DNA of 64,000 nt from Eledone cirrhosa (lineage: Eukaryota), in contig OZ024760.1 in assembly GCA_964016885.1 (NCBI GenBank), positions 8,432,001 through 8,496,000 on the forward strand. The letters run 5' to 3'. Under the pieces are notes generated by a model. It was not told the DNA's origin. It searched no databases and worked only from the letters and a program-made list of their open reading frames with translations. The position numbers and the translations under genes are program-made. Below are positions 40,771-53,873 of this stretch, one piece after another (the first letter of the stretch is position 1; every line of letters begins with the position of its first letter).

Positions 40771-41049
40771 ATAATTTCCCATAACAGAAATGACAATAGT
40801 GAACTATCAACAAAGCAATGTCAGATTATTAAAATATTGTATAAGAACGAACTGAAAAGTTACGGAGTTACACAGAGTTGTTTGTTGAATGGAATAACAA
40901 ACAAATACTGTTACTCTCTCTTAAAGAATGTGTTTATCATCTCATTCGTAACTGGAGCAGCTGTGGAATTATACACAACCGATCCTATAAGGGCATTGAC
41001 ATCTACAAGGATAAAAAAAAATGAATGTACTTACCTAAAAATTATTATT

Positions 41050-41860
41050 ATTTCTACATTTAGCACAAGGCCAATAATTACTTCAGTGCATTACTGGTAC
41101 TTTATTTTATCGACTCCGTAAGGATGAAAGGCAAAGTTAACCTCGGCAGGATTTGAACTCAGACCGTAATGGGACGTAACTCTATGCTGGAAAGCATGAC
41201 GTCCGACCCTCTACCGATACTGCCAATCCACTGACCTAAAAATAATAAATGTTTCTACATTTGGCACAAGGCCAACAATAACCTCAGTGCATTACTGGTA
41301 CTTTATTTTATCGACCCCGTAATGATGAAAGGCAAAGTTAACCTCGGCGGGATGTGAACTCAGAACGTAAAGGGCCATAACTCTACGCTGCTAAAAATAA
41401 TAATAGGATCTATTAATACTGGTTTCAGATTTAGACACACACACGGCCAGCAATTTTAGGGAGAGGGGAAAGTCGATTAAATCGACCCCAGTGTATTACT
41501 GGTACTTTATTTTATCGACCCCGTTAGGATGAAAGGTATAACTAACCTCGACGGGATTTGAACTCAGAACGTAAAAGGCCGTAACTCTAAGCCGCAAAGC
41601 ATGTTGTCCGGCCTGAGTACAGTAGATTTCTCCCAGAGAAAGATAGAAAGTGAGAGAGAGAGAGAGAGAGTAAAGGAGAAAGTGATATAGAAGAAGAGTC
41701 AACCTCAGTACTAGACTGGTACTTTTTTTTAGCAACCTCGAAAGGATGAAAGGCAAAGTTGACCTCGGCGGGATTTGAACTCAAAGAGCAGTGAACCGGA
41801 ACGAATACCATAAAGCATTCTATCCGACATTCTAACGACTGTGCCAATTTGCCGCCTATA
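41050..41860 (-). mobile_element. Cluster of four Meta-domain-like tRNA SINE copies
   Basis: ggtactttattttatcgaccccg.aaggatgaaaggcaaagtt.acctcggcgggatttgaactcag at ~41096, 41297, 41501, 41718. Confidence 0.8.
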
Positions 41861-42128
41861 TTTTTACAGTACACAACGAAAATAAATTACTTTATTTTTT
41901 TTAAATCAAGTTTTCCAGAAAGAAGCATGGTTATCTCATTTAATTTTCACTATCTGGTTCTGCTCGCGTGAGCTCTTTAAATGACAAAGAGCAACTATAT
42001 ATATTCCTTACAATACCGCCGCAATCATCTTGGAATAATATATGCTATATCCAATATATCACACACAACTTCTAATAAATGAAATATATTCCCATCACAC
42101 ACATACACACACATGTATGTATGTATGT

Positions 42129-42420
42129 ATAAAAGCTTCACGGCACAGGCATTGCTTTATATCTGGAGATCTCTCTGCACTTGTCCTCACATGGTACCAT
42201 GGGCCCAGCACTATGTGTCAATAATTGTCACAAGTGTAGTGTTTGTACCAGAGTTTTCAAGTCGCTGGCTGGACTAAAAAGTCACACTCGTTCAGCGCAT
42301 TGGTAGGAGTTCTCCTACATGGATATAAAGTAGTGGCCGTACTCGAAAACGAGTTGGCAGCCACCATGTATGTATGTATGTATGTATGTATGTATGTATG
42401 TATGTATGTATGTATGTATG
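42129..42420 (+). mobile_element. 5'-truncated bipartite RTE-derived element with (TATG)n tail
   Basis: Matches the 3' half of 47387-47990. Confidence 0.85.
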
Positions 42421-42638
42421 TATATTCTGGTTTTATAATTTTATAAAATTTCACCAATAGAGAGAGTCGGTTTCTAACATAGATACAAGACTCTCTCATT
42501 GGAATTTAAACAATATCAACTAGGTAGATATGTATGTATGCATGCGTGTGCTGTTAATGTATGTGTGGGTGTGCATGTTTTGAGCTATATGTGTGCATGT
42601 GCATATGCTTTGTATCTGTACATGTGTATATGCAGTTA

Positions 42639-42878
42639 TTAGATGCAGAATTTTTGGAATATTTTACATGTTTTTACTGTTCCATTAATGGATTGTACTT
42701 TGAATTTCCTAACTAGTTGTGTTCTTTCTGTTCCTGTGAAGCCCAGCTTCTCAAGATTTGTACTGAGGCAGTTACTAACATATGCCAGTGGCCCAATAAT
42801 CACAGGTAAAAATTTAAAGGTATAGTTAGGGTAGAGTATCTGCAGATTTCTGATTAGTTCTGCATAGATATTCTCATT
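42639..42878 (-). mobile_element. C-terminal fragment of an RLE-type (R4/Dong-like) non-LTR retrotransposon
   Basis: YAELIRNLQILYPNYTFKFLPVIIGPLAYV..LEKLGF..SINGTVKTCKIF; similar to 63459-63652. Confidence 0.6.
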
Positions 42879-42879
42879 T

Positions 42880-44015
42880 TCGCTGATTATGACTTTGAAG
42901 GCTAAGCATGGTGATTTAGAAATTTCTCTTTTTCTGAAAGTTGCAAGATCTTTTGTCCACAAGATTCGGCGTGAGTTAGAGAAAGAAGATGGAAGCGTAT
43001 TACCTGTATCAAAACGTAAAAAACATTCCAAATGCTCTGATTCTATCAGGACACCTGAATTTATTCAGGAAGTTAAGTAAAACATTGATGACAATCCAGG
43101 AAAATCAATGAGGTCAATTGCAAAAAAAGTTTGTGTCAGAAAAAACAATCAGAAACGTTGTGCATGAAGACATCAGCTACAAATCTTACGTGATGAGGAG
43201 AGGTCAATTCATGTCAGAAAAAAACAAAAGAAAACCGTTGAATCAGATCCAAAAGACTTTTGAACAAACTTAAAAATCCATCAGAAGATGATGTGATTTG
43301 GTTTTTCTCAGATGAGAAAAACTTTGACCAGGACAAGAAAACTAACAGAAGAAATGACAGGTGGTTATGTGCAGACCCTTCTGAGGTTCCAAGAGTAATG
43401 CACAAAATGTCCTGCAAGTGTCATGGTTTTGGGTTTTGTTAGCCATGAAGGACATGTGATCCTCCTCACTTTTTTCCACAAGGCCTTAGGGTGAATGTTG
43501 CTGTGTATATTGAGGTTCTGGATAAAGTTGTTAAGCCTTGGATCAACAGTGTATGCAATGGAAGGCCTTATGTCTTTCAACAAGATTTTGCACCATCACA
43601 TAAGGCTCAAATGAAGCAAGAATGGATGGCCAACAATTTGCATGATCACATTACCCCCAACATTTGGCCTCCTAATTCTCCAGATCTCAATCCATTGGAC
43701 TACTATGTATGGAGCATTGTTGAGAAAAATGTCAATGAATACTCCCATAGCACCAAAGATTCTTTGAAAGCCGCAACAGTTCGAGTCATGTCCGATATGA
43801 ACAAGGACCACTTAATCCGAGCTTGTAAACGATTTCGACCCCGCGTAGAGGCAGTTATTGATGCTTTTGGTGGTTTTATTGAATGAAATTATTAAATTGA
43901 TAATTTAGCTTTATGTTTATATTATTTTTATAAGAATACAGTTTTTTTTTTCTGTTATTATATAAGCGTTTTTTTTAAAACTATAAATCTGTCCTCAAAT
44001 ACCGTCCGCACCCTG
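42880..44015 (+). mobile_element. Tc1/mariner DD37D (maT-type) transposase pseudogene with 3' terminus
   Basis: WFFSDEKNF, QQDFAPSH, WPPNSPDLNPLDY with 37 aa between the second and third D; ends ..gcaccctg|TA; stops and frameshifts; 5' TIR not seen. Confidence 0.9.
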
Positions 44016-44072
44016 TACACACACACACACACATATATATATATACACACATATATATATATATACACATTC

Positions 44073-44124
<52 letters not shown>

Positions 44125-44211
44125 GCATATATATACATACACATACACACACACACACACATATATATACACACACACACACATATATATACACATATAT
44201 ATATATACACA

Positions 44212-44341
<130 letters not shown>

Positions 44342-44687
44342 AATATATATATATATTACATATAAAATTTTAAACCTGTACACACATATATATGTGTACA
44401 CACACAAATGCTTATAAACACTGACACACATACACACATGCGCACACATCTGCCTATTTCACTATCACGTGTCGTAGGTAGTTGATACGATAATAGATGT
44501 GTCAGATTCTATAAGTTATTTAACATTAACCATATTCCCGAGTGTATATATATAGGTCTGTCTTATATTAGCCAATCAGTTTGGGCTCTATAATCTATAT
44601 ACACTCTTCCTATTACTACGATATACTTTTAAAAGTAAGTACTTTTAAAAGTATATAGAACTGTTTTAAATTTAATTAGGATTTCCA

Positions 44688-44725
<38 letters not shown>

Positions 44726-44769
44726 GCGCCTTCTTTCTACGCTTTCCTCCCTCTCGTCCACCTCTCCCC

Positions 44770-45050
44770 CTCTTGTTGTTCTTTTTCTTATTTTTCTTCT
44801 TTTTCTTCTTCTTCGTCTTCTTCGTCTTCTTTTTCTTCTTTTTCTTTTTCTTCTTCTTCTTCTTCTTCTTCTTCGTCTTCTTTTTCTTCTTTTTCTTCTT
44901 TTTCTTCTTTTTCTTCTTTTTCTTCTTTTTCTTCTTCGTCTTCTTCTTCTTCTTCTTCTTCTTCTTCTTCTTCTTCTTCTTCTTCTTCTTCTTCTTCTCC
45001 TCCCCCTCCTCCTCCTCCTTCTTCTTCTTCTTCTTCTTCTTCTTCTTCAC
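44770..45050. repeat. (TTC)n / (TTTTTCTTC)n simple repeat
   Basis: Direct inspection. Confidence 0.95.
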
Positions 45051-45119
45051 CCAATATATATTTATCGATTTGTAAACACAGCCAGCCGTTTAACTTTATC
45101 CGATACCGTGAAATGAAAG

Positions 45120-45760
45120 ATGCGTGGCGGGCGTTGTGGTTAGGGGTTATTTGGCATACAATTTTAAGGGTCATGAGTTCGATTGACGTATCGTGTCCTT
45201 TAGCAAGACACTTTATTTCATGTGTGTCTAGTTAAAATAGGCGGCGAAGAGTCAAAGTCGTTAGAACGTCGGATAGAATCCTTTATGGTGTTCGATCCGG
45301 ATCTCTTCTCTCTCAGTTCAAATCCCGTCAAGGGCAACTTTGTCTTTCATCCGTTCGAGTTCGATAAAAAAAAAAGTACCAGTCTAGTACTGGGGTTGAT
45401 TCTTCCTCTATATCTCTTTCTTACTTCCTGTCTCTCACTTTCTATCTTTCTCTGGAAGAGATCCGCTGTATTCTGGCCGGAAGAGGGATGGACTCCGCCA
45501 GGCTTAAAATGGCCAAGAAACACCGTCTGTCAATACGGCGTCCCTACTATTCTATCAGGAGTTATAGGGCCATACCATACCATACCACCTTGTCAAATTA
45601 GCTGACAAAAAAAATGAGTTCTATCTGTAATAGAAAGGCCCAGCGTGTTACTGAGTCACACTGAATCTACGGTGCACGTGTCCGAAGAACGTCCATCCTC
45701 TTGTACGTTAAGTTCATAAGGAGACTGTTCTACTAAATATACCAGTCGAACACCATTTTA
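45120..45760 (+). mobile_element. SINE with a nested Meta-domain-like SINE (~45240-45470)
   Basis: gagttcgatt..gtgtcctttagcaagacactttatttca, interrupted by a reverse-complement relative of 41610-41855. Confidence 0.6.
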
Positions 45761-45789
45761 TTTCAGTCACTCTACAACTTCTACAAATT

Positions 45790-46340
45790 CTCCACCAGTT
45801 TGTCCGGCACTCTGCCAGTTAGTCTGGCATTCTCCCAGTTCTGTCAGTTTGTCCGGCACTCTGCAAGTTTTCCGGCATTCTACCAACTTCTCCGGCACAC
45901 TGCCAGTTTGTCCGGCATTTTGCCAGTTTGTCCGGCACTCTGCCAGTTTGTCCGGCACTCTACCAACTTCTCCGGCACACTGCCAGTTTGTCCGGCACTC
46001 TGCCAGTTTGTCCGGCACTCTGCCAGTTTGTCCGGCACTCTACCAACTTCTCCGGCACACTGCCAGTTTGTCCGGCACTCTGCCAGTTTGTCCGGCACTC
46101 TACCAACTTCTCCGGCAGACTGCCAGTTTGTCCGGCACTCTGCCAGTTTGTCCGGCATTCTACCAACTTCTCCGGCACTCTGCCAGTTTATCCGGTACTC
46201 TACAAGTTTCTTCGATACTCCACCAGTTTTTCCGACATTCTAATAACTTCTCAGGCACTCTGCCAGTTTGTTCGTCACTCTGCCAGTTAGTCCGGCATTC
46301 TGCCAATCTTTTGCCAGTTTGTCCGGCACTCTTCAAGTTC
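45790..46340. repeat. 20-bp minisatellite (tccggcactctgccagtttg)
   Basis: About 27 variant units, with a 60-bp sub-pattern. Confidence 0.92.
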
Positions 46341-46598
46341 TATAAATTCACCAATTTTAAGTTGATTTCGATATTAAATACGAAACGTTTTATTGGTTTT
46401 TGCAAACACCACCAACCACTTAATTATATCGGGTTATATCGGATGTTATTAAATCTCACCAAATTCAACATTTACCATCCATTTCATATATATATATATA
46501 TATAAGTATTGAAGTTTCCGTTGAAATTTGAAAAAGTCATAGGAGTGAAGAGTGCTCTATGTAAGTTACAGAGCTAAATTTAATGCATAATAAACAAT

Positions 46599-46684
<86 letters not shown>

Positions 46685-47076
46685 AAAATATATATATGTA
46701 TGTATGTATGTATGTATACACACACCCACACACATATATATATAGAAACAAACAGTAAGAAAGAAAAAAATGCAGTAGAAAATGCTGGAGGATTTTTTTC
46801 AGTTTAATATCAAAACAATTTATTTATAAAGTAGGAGTTTCCGCATTTAATCGTTTACCGGTTTCAGCTTTATATGCCTTTTCAACGACGGAAGTGTGTA
46901 GCGCAGTTAAATTGCATATTTATACGAATAATAATAAAATGGAGAACATTTTTTTTTTAGGTTTTACATACATATTTAGAGAGGAAAGTTCATGTTTTTG
47001 TCCGAAGTTTTCTTTCGTTCTCTGTTAGTGTTGACCAACAGAGGTGGTAGCTGTTTAAATTGTTGGCTTATATTTT

Positions 47077-47142
<66 letters not shown>

Positions 47143-47162
47143 AAAATATAAGCCAACACATA

Positions 47163-47197
<35 letters not shown>

Positions 47198-47212
47198 GTG
47201 TGTGTGTGTATG

Positions 47213-47282
<70 letters not shown>

Positions 47283-47386
47283 TACATATACACATACACA
47301 CACACATAAATATGTACGTATCTATGTATGTACGTATGTATGTATCTACGTACGTATGTATGTATGTATGTATGTATGTATGTCAG

Positions 47387-47990
47387 GTCACCAGTTGGTG
47401 CTACTGGTAACATGTATCCCAGTACAACCTGTCTCATGGTCGGGTCGTTGGCGACTAAACTGGCAACCCCACCAAGGTTTCTCGGTGAGGAGGTTGACTT
47501 TGGACATCCTGCAGGACTAAAAACAAAACCTGTCAAAGGGCAAAGGAGCTCTTAAGAGTCAATGGCCATCCAAAATCACTGGGAGAGATGACCCCTTAGC
47601 CTTTGTCAAGGCAGAATTCTAGGAGAAGGAAAACTCTGATATAACACCTGCAACCCTGATGGTATCCAATGATGTTGACATGTTCTTCTTTTTGGTAAAT
47701 ATCATCTTGGTTAAGAGAGTGGGACTGGCTTTGTGCAGTGCCTTTGCTCACTATAAAAGCTTCACGGCACAAGCATTGCTTTATATCTGGAGATCTCTCT
47801 GCACTTGTCGTCACATGGTACCATGGGCCCAGCACTATGTGTCAATAATTGTCGCAAGTGTAGTGTTTGTACCAGAGTTTTCAAGTCGCTGGCTGGACTA
47901 AAAAGTCACACTCGTTCAGCGCATCGGGAGGGGTTCTCCTACATGGATATAAAGTAGTGGCCATACTCGTAAACGAGTTGGCAGCCACCA
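47387..47990 (+). mobile_element. Full-length ~604-bp bipartite non-autonomous RTE-derived element
   Basis: RTE-5'UTR-like motifs (gtcg..ggcgactaaa; ctaggagaaggaaaactctga) joined to a C2H2 finger KCSVCTRVFKSLAGLKSHTRSAH and (TATG)n tail. Confidence 0.75.
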
Positions 47991-48494
47991 TCATGTATGT
48001 ATGTATGTCTATATGTATGTATATGTATGTATATGTAAATCACATGGGTAATTTGTAGCTTTCTGCAGGTTTACACGCTTGTGATTTATTATAAATAAGA
48101 GAAAAGTTAAAATTTAGACAGTTTTCCAACTGTATTAATGCTTCGTTACAGTTTCGTGTAATATATTTCCTATTTTATTTCATTTTCTGTGTTCATTGAT
48201 GCTTTTTACTTGATAAACTATTCATCTATTCTACACTATTTAAGCATTTGATGTCACCGAATCGCTTCTGGTGTTTGTTCAAACTTACCGCCTTGTCAAA
48301 GAATCTTTCAAAATGAAATCTCTTTTTGGTGTTTCTACAAACGAAAAATGTAATTCGCCGTCTTTGATGAGATGCACGCGTGATTATCCCCGTATACAGA
48401 TCAGTATTTTAAGTGAGGGCGGCTAAAGTCAATGATGAGTACACATGAAATATACGAATCATTAACGATATTCAGGTATAAAGAAGTTTACATA

Positions 48495-48541
<47 letters not shown>

Positions 48542-48597
48542 TTCGTTTCTGAATTTGTTTAGCAAGATTCTTTATCTGAAATCGTGTGTTGAAACCG

Positions 48598-49103
48598 ATA
48601 TTGTTATACTTTGGGAGGGTCATGTTGCCAATAAGAAACACACGCACCAGTTGCTTTCACTTCAATTTAATTTATTATATATTTATAAATTTACAAATTT
48701 ATAAATTTCTGGTTGGTTGGTTGGTTCCACAACCAGATAGTTGTTTATATATATATAGTCATAGTTCTTTCGTCACACACTCTGTGACCTCTTCAGTGAC
48801 TGGGGATTTCTTTCTTCGTTTCTGTGCCTTTCCTTTCTTCTATCCTACGCCATTTTTGGCGTAGGATAGAAGAAAGGAAAGGCACAGAAACGAAGAAAGA
48901 AATCCCCAGTCACTGAAGAGGTCACAGAGTGTGTGACGAAAGAACTATGACTATATATATATAAACAACTATCTGGTTGTGGAACCAACCAACCAACCAG
49001 AAATTTATAAATTTGTAAATTTATAAATATATAATAAATTAAATTGAAGTGAAAGCAACTGGTGCGTGTGTTTCTTATTGGCAACATGACCCTCCCAAAG
49101 TAT

Positions 49104-49111
<8 letters not shown>
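48598..49111. repeat. Long inverted repeat (255-bp arms, 4-nt loop) carrying two opposed hammerhead motifs
   Basis: Centre tatcctacgcca-tttt-tggcgtaggata; cores at 48908-48952 (+) and 48757-48801 (-). Confidence 0.9.
48908..48952 (+). ncRNA. Type I hammerhead ribozyme motif
   Basis: agtca CTGAAGA g gtcaca gagtg tgtgac GAAA gaac TA tgact. Confidence 0.65.
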
Positions 49112-49141
<30 letters not shown>

Positions 49142-49241
49142 TTCTTCTTCGCCCACTTATCCCTGAGAGAGTCGTGGGAGCAGAGTCCTCAAACACTCCT
49201 TCCATAGGGTCTTGTCAGAAGCAACGCCTCTCCCCCCTCCC

Positions 49242-49301
<60 letters not shown>

Positions 49302-49431
49302 GGAAAGTTATATTTAAACTGTTGAGTTAACAACGAGTAAATATTTATAACTGATATAAAAGCACTCAACAAGTATTTGGAGTATATTTATGATATTAAA
49401 TAAATGGAAACTATATTTATAAAACCATATT

Positions 49432-49497
49432 TATTTCGTTATATATATTTCAGGGATATCATATTAACAATATGTTATGCCTTCTTCAGACAAAATA
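49432..49497 (-). ncRNA. Type I hammerhead ribozyme motif within inverted-arm island 49389-49619
   Basis: Minus strand: tattttgt CTGAAGA aggcataacatatt gtt aatatgatatccct GAAA tatata TA acgaaata. Confidence 0.7.
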
Positions 49498-49615
49498 CAA
49501 TATAAACAGTCTTATAAATAAATAGATACGACATACCTTTCAATCACCTTGCATCTGAAATATATATAACGAAATAAATATGGTTTTATAAATATAGTTT
49601 CCATTTATTTAATAT

Positions 49616-49652
<37 letters not shown>

Positions 49653-49679
49653 ATAAATATGCTGGGTCCGTCAGCTCCT

Positions 49680-49747
<68 letters not shown>

Positions 49748-49751
<4 letters not shown>

Positions 49752-49938
49752 CGAAGGAAATGTGGTAAGGAACCAGGTGGACCATAACGCACCAAAGTAC
49801 TCAATACTTAGGGTAGTAGAGAGGGTAATAGGAACGAGTAGGACCCCGACGGCTGAGCTCAAGCCGTTTCGACGGCTAATTATGTCCAGAATTAGCCGTC
49901 GAAACGGCTTGAGCTCAGCCGTCGGGGTCCTATTCGTT

Positions 49939-49943
<5 letters not shown>
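49748..49943. mobile_element. Short element with fold-back palindrome (49828-49943) of the hammerhead 3' half
   Basis: gacggctaatt-atgtccag-aattagccgtc GAAAC ggct tgagctc agcc GTC ggggtcc, mirrored. Confidence 0.65.
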
Positions 49944-49992
<49 letters not shown>

Positions 49993-50150
49993 TAAAAAAA
50001 TAATGAATAAAACAATGAAACAGTTCCTTATATTAAACAAAAAAAGTTCATTATTTAACGATCGTTTCTAGGACATATATGTGTTAGAATTGGCATGCAT
50101 ATTCAACAGATCTATGTACAAAATTATACAAAATTATACAAACTATCAAA

Positions 50151-50179
<29 letters not shown>

Positions 50180-50192
<13 letters not shown>

Positions 50193-51004
50193 GTATTCCT
50201 GTCTGTTCACGAACTACTCCTATGGTTTTGGAGATAGACCCCCCCCCCCCCATAATCATATATATTCTGAAACTACATTGCCCAGGGTACTTGGAACTTG
50301 GAGAAGTATATTTCATTTTAATCAAAGGGTCCCCGGCGGCACAAAACCCCCGCTGAAAAATTTTTCCCTTCGATTTATATGAAATTTAAACCATAGGTAA
50401 ATGACAAGATATGATGCCTATTCACAAAATTTCACCAAATTGCAATAATATTAAAACACCCTAATGGGGGTTAAGCCCCCTATTAGGGTTCCCGGCGGCA
50501 CAAAACCCCCGCTGAAAAATTTTTCCCTTCGATTTATATGAAATTTAAACCATAGGTAAATGACAAGATATGATACCTATTCACAAAATTTCAGCAAATT
50601 ACAATAATATTAAGGCACCCTAATGGGAGTTAAGCCCCCTATTAGGGTTCCCCGGAGGCACAAATCCCGCTGAAAAATGTTTCCCTTCTATTTATATGAA
50701 ACTTAAACCATAGGCAAATGACTAGATATGATGCCTATTCACAAAAGTTTTCAATTGATATTTTGAAAAAAATGATTTACAAGAAACAAAATAAGAATAA
50801 GATTTAATAATGTAATTTTGATTTGATATATTACAAAAAATAATGTTTTTCAATTTTTCATGCATTATATTTTACATTGAGTAATATTGAAATGCCGAGT
50901 TTTTCTTCATAAATTATATCACTGATTTAAAATCAATCATCATTTTCTTACCAAAAAAAAAAAAAAAATGTGTGAACGCAGCAAGGCGCGGGTAATTCGG
51001 CTAG
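50180..51004 (+). mobile_element. Non-autonomous Helitron-like element with three 159-bp internal tandem repeats
   Basis: Ends gcaaggcgcgggtaattcggCTAG|T; repeats at 50326, 50485, 50644. Confidence 0.6.
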
Positions 51005-51105
51005 TATATATATATATATATACGTTATTCCGGGTTGAATCGGAGGTAACTACAGTAAGTAAGGTACTCAATACATTGAAGAGTATAAAAGTTTTAATAT
51101 AGATG

Positions 51106-51154
51106 AGATTCTACAGGACTAGAACTGTTTCATTCTTTAGAAATCATCAGGAAT

Positions 51155-51156
<2 letters not shown>
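51106..51156 (-). ncRNA. Type I hammerhead ribozyme motif (element 51021-51157)
   Basis: Minus strand: agattc CTGATGA t ttc taaa gaa t GAAA cag ttctagtc ctg TA gaatct; perfect 6-bp stem I, GUA cleavage triplet. Confidence 0.8.
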
Positions 51157-51211
<55 letters not shown>

Positions 51212-51375
51212 TACATATATATAATATATATAAACAATGAGTTAAAGACTTAGTTGATATGTAATCAACTGACTTATGTGTATAACAGGTACGAAGCACT
51301 CAACTGATAAATATTTATCTGGCGTATTATGATATTAATGGTAATAAACGAAAGATATATACTTTATTTCATGTG

Positions 51376-51429
<54 letters not shown>

Positions 51430-51580
51430 CGCTTTTGAATTTGTTTTGCGAAATTTCTTATCTGAAAACGTGTGTTGAAACAGATATTGTTATACTTTGG
51501 GAGGGTCATGTGGCCAATAAAACCCCCCAAAACAAGATGGCGTTGGGAAGATCAAAGGAGAGACACACAAAATAAAAACC

Positions 51581-51625
51581 TATCACTGAGGAGGTCACAG
51601 AATGTGTGACGAAAGAGCTTTGACA
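51581..51625 (+). ncRNA. Type I hammerhead motif (relative of 48908-48952) in island 51427-51660
   Basis: tatca CTGAGGA g gtcaca gaatg tgtgac GAAA gagc TT tgaca. Confidence 0.6.
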
Positions 51626-51654
51626 ATATATAAACAACTTCTCGGTTATCAAAG

Positions 51655-51822
51655 CCAGCAATTATCCCAGTGCATTACTGGTGCTTTATTTTATCGACCC
51701 CCGTAAGGATGAACGGCAAAGTTAACCTTGGTGTGATTTGAACTCCGACCGTAAAGAGGCGTAACTCTATGCTGCAAAGCATGGCGTCCGACCCTCTACC
51801 GATACTGCCAATCCACCACCGT
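51655..51822 (-). mobile_element. Meta-domain-like tRNA SINE
   Basis: Same family as 41085-41235. Confidence 0.75.
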
Positions 51823-52649
51823 AAATATATATATATATATATATATATAATTGCCCCTTTGTTCGTGCTGAAACAGTCGGAATTTCCGCTAAACACATCT
51901 GACTTATCAGCAAGTATAATACAATCTTCTTTACAAGAACAAACCAAACTTAAACTAAGCTTATTATAATTCCAATAGAAAGAAAAGAATCTAATTTTTT
52001 GCTGTATTATATTTTCTCCTGTCTTTCATGATCAAAGATTTACCACAATAACTTAAAAATAAAACAATTTTTTCCTCGTTCTTCCAGATGACGTTTACTT
52101 CGATGATTAAAGCACCATATATATACACACATACAAACAGTAACGTATGTGTGTGTGTGTAAATATATATATATATATATGAAAAAGTTTGTCCTCATCA
52201 GTGGCCTTCCAACCGTCGTAGGCATTTCGTCGCATTAAAGGCCATATACCTCAGGTTGGTGCGAGCAACGGATAAAAAAAGTCGTTGGGACACGTAAATA
52301 AAGGGGACGCTAGGGTAAACAAACAAAATGGTTTAAGCAACAGAAAGTGATGAAGAAGAAAGAAACAAGTCCCAGATTTCTATGAATATAAATTCGGTGG
52401 AATCGTGAACGAGAGAATAAAGACCATCAAACCTGGTTGAAATGTGAGCAAGGAAGAAATTTCGCACAGGTCTAACGGGAGGAAGAAGGGGTCTGGTCTG
52501 CGAATTCGGTAAACATAAGTTCTGTGAAGTCGCAGACGAGAGAGAGAGAAAAAAAATTCATACCGGCTTGGCCAAGTGCCCGCGAGAAAAGGATTACGGA
52601 CAGGTCAAACGGGAAGAAAGGGGAGGAGGAGAGGTAGTGACAGAGAGTG

Positions 52650-52709
<60 letters not shown>

Positions 52710-52733
52710 CGGTCGCATAAAAGTAACGGTCGC

Positions 52734-52796
52734 ATTTTGTCTGATGAAGGCATACCATAATTTAACTTGGTATCCTTGAAATATGTATAATGAAAT
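52734..52796 (+). ncRNA. Type I hammerhead ribozyme motif (family of 12849 and 49432)
   Basis: attttgt CTGATGA aggcatacca..tggtatcctt GAAA tatgta TA atgaaat. Confidence 0.68.
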
Positions 52797-53160
52797 AAAT
52801 ATGGTTTTATAAATATAGTTTCCATTTAGAAGTCTTATATATTTTTATGTGAGCTGATAGAGAACAGTTTAAGGATTTACAAAAACCCAAGAAGCTAGAT
52901 TTAACATCTTCCTAGCGGGTCCGGGTATGCTTTTTACATTCATTTAATTTATTGATTTATTGATTTTTTATCTGAGTGTCCCGAATCTTCCGGATCGCCA
53001 ATTTTCGATCGTACGGTTGATTATAGACTTGTTCTGTGTGTGACGGTATTTTAACGATAGTTATAGCTCTGATTTATCTAAATTATGGAGCACTCTGCCG
53101 CTCATATCGAATTTTGTTTATCGTGAACTCGTGCGCCGATTTTTCGATACTCGATTATTC

Positions 53161-53219
<59 letters not shown>

Positions 53220-53361
53220 GATTGGTGCTATGAAATAGCGATGTATACATGAATGTATGTATAGTATATTTGGCAATATACCGTATGTTTAATTAAAAAC
53301 ATTTTGAAGACCTTGTGACTATATCACTTACTTCTTTTTTTCGGCAAAAGAAGGGAGAGAA

Positions 53362-53402
53362 GCTGACAGGGTCTGTTTCACACTGTTGGTGATCATCAGA
53401 GC
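53362..53402 (-). ncRNA. Type I hammerhead ribozyme motif in island 53216-53455
   Basis: Minus strand: gct CTGATGA t cac caaca gtg t GAAA cag acc ctg TC agc. Confidence 0.72.
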
Positions 53403-53461
53403 AACGCCTTTGCCGAAAACTATAGAAGCTGGATTCTTATAGAATTCCAGTAATATATATA

Positions 53462-53548
<87 letters not shown>

Positions 53549-53873
53549 GCATGTATGTATGTATATGTGTTTGTCATTTATATATATATATATATATATA
53601 TATAGTGGGACCCCATTTGCTCACTATACAGAGAGATGGGGAGAGCGAGAGAGATGGAGGTAATGACAGTGGGACGTTCGGCTCTTCCACGTTCGGACCT
53701 TGCGGGTGTGTTCATTATCTATAGATAACTATACTGATGTCTTTGATAAGCCAAAATACTACACCCCGCAACGCACACCAACAATCGCTCTCCACCACCA
53801 TGTATGGCAATGTATCTAATATATATATATATATATATATATTAGATACATTGCCATATAGGTAGAGATGATT

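Noticed and set aside
46850-46890. Variant hammerhead on the minus strand (ttgaaaaggc..gctgaaaccggta)
   Set aside because: Core deviates from CUGANGA and stem I is unclear; possibly a decayed copy
52185-52260. CTGATGA and CGAAA motifs on the minus strand
   Set aside because: Order and pairing do not give a complete hammerhead
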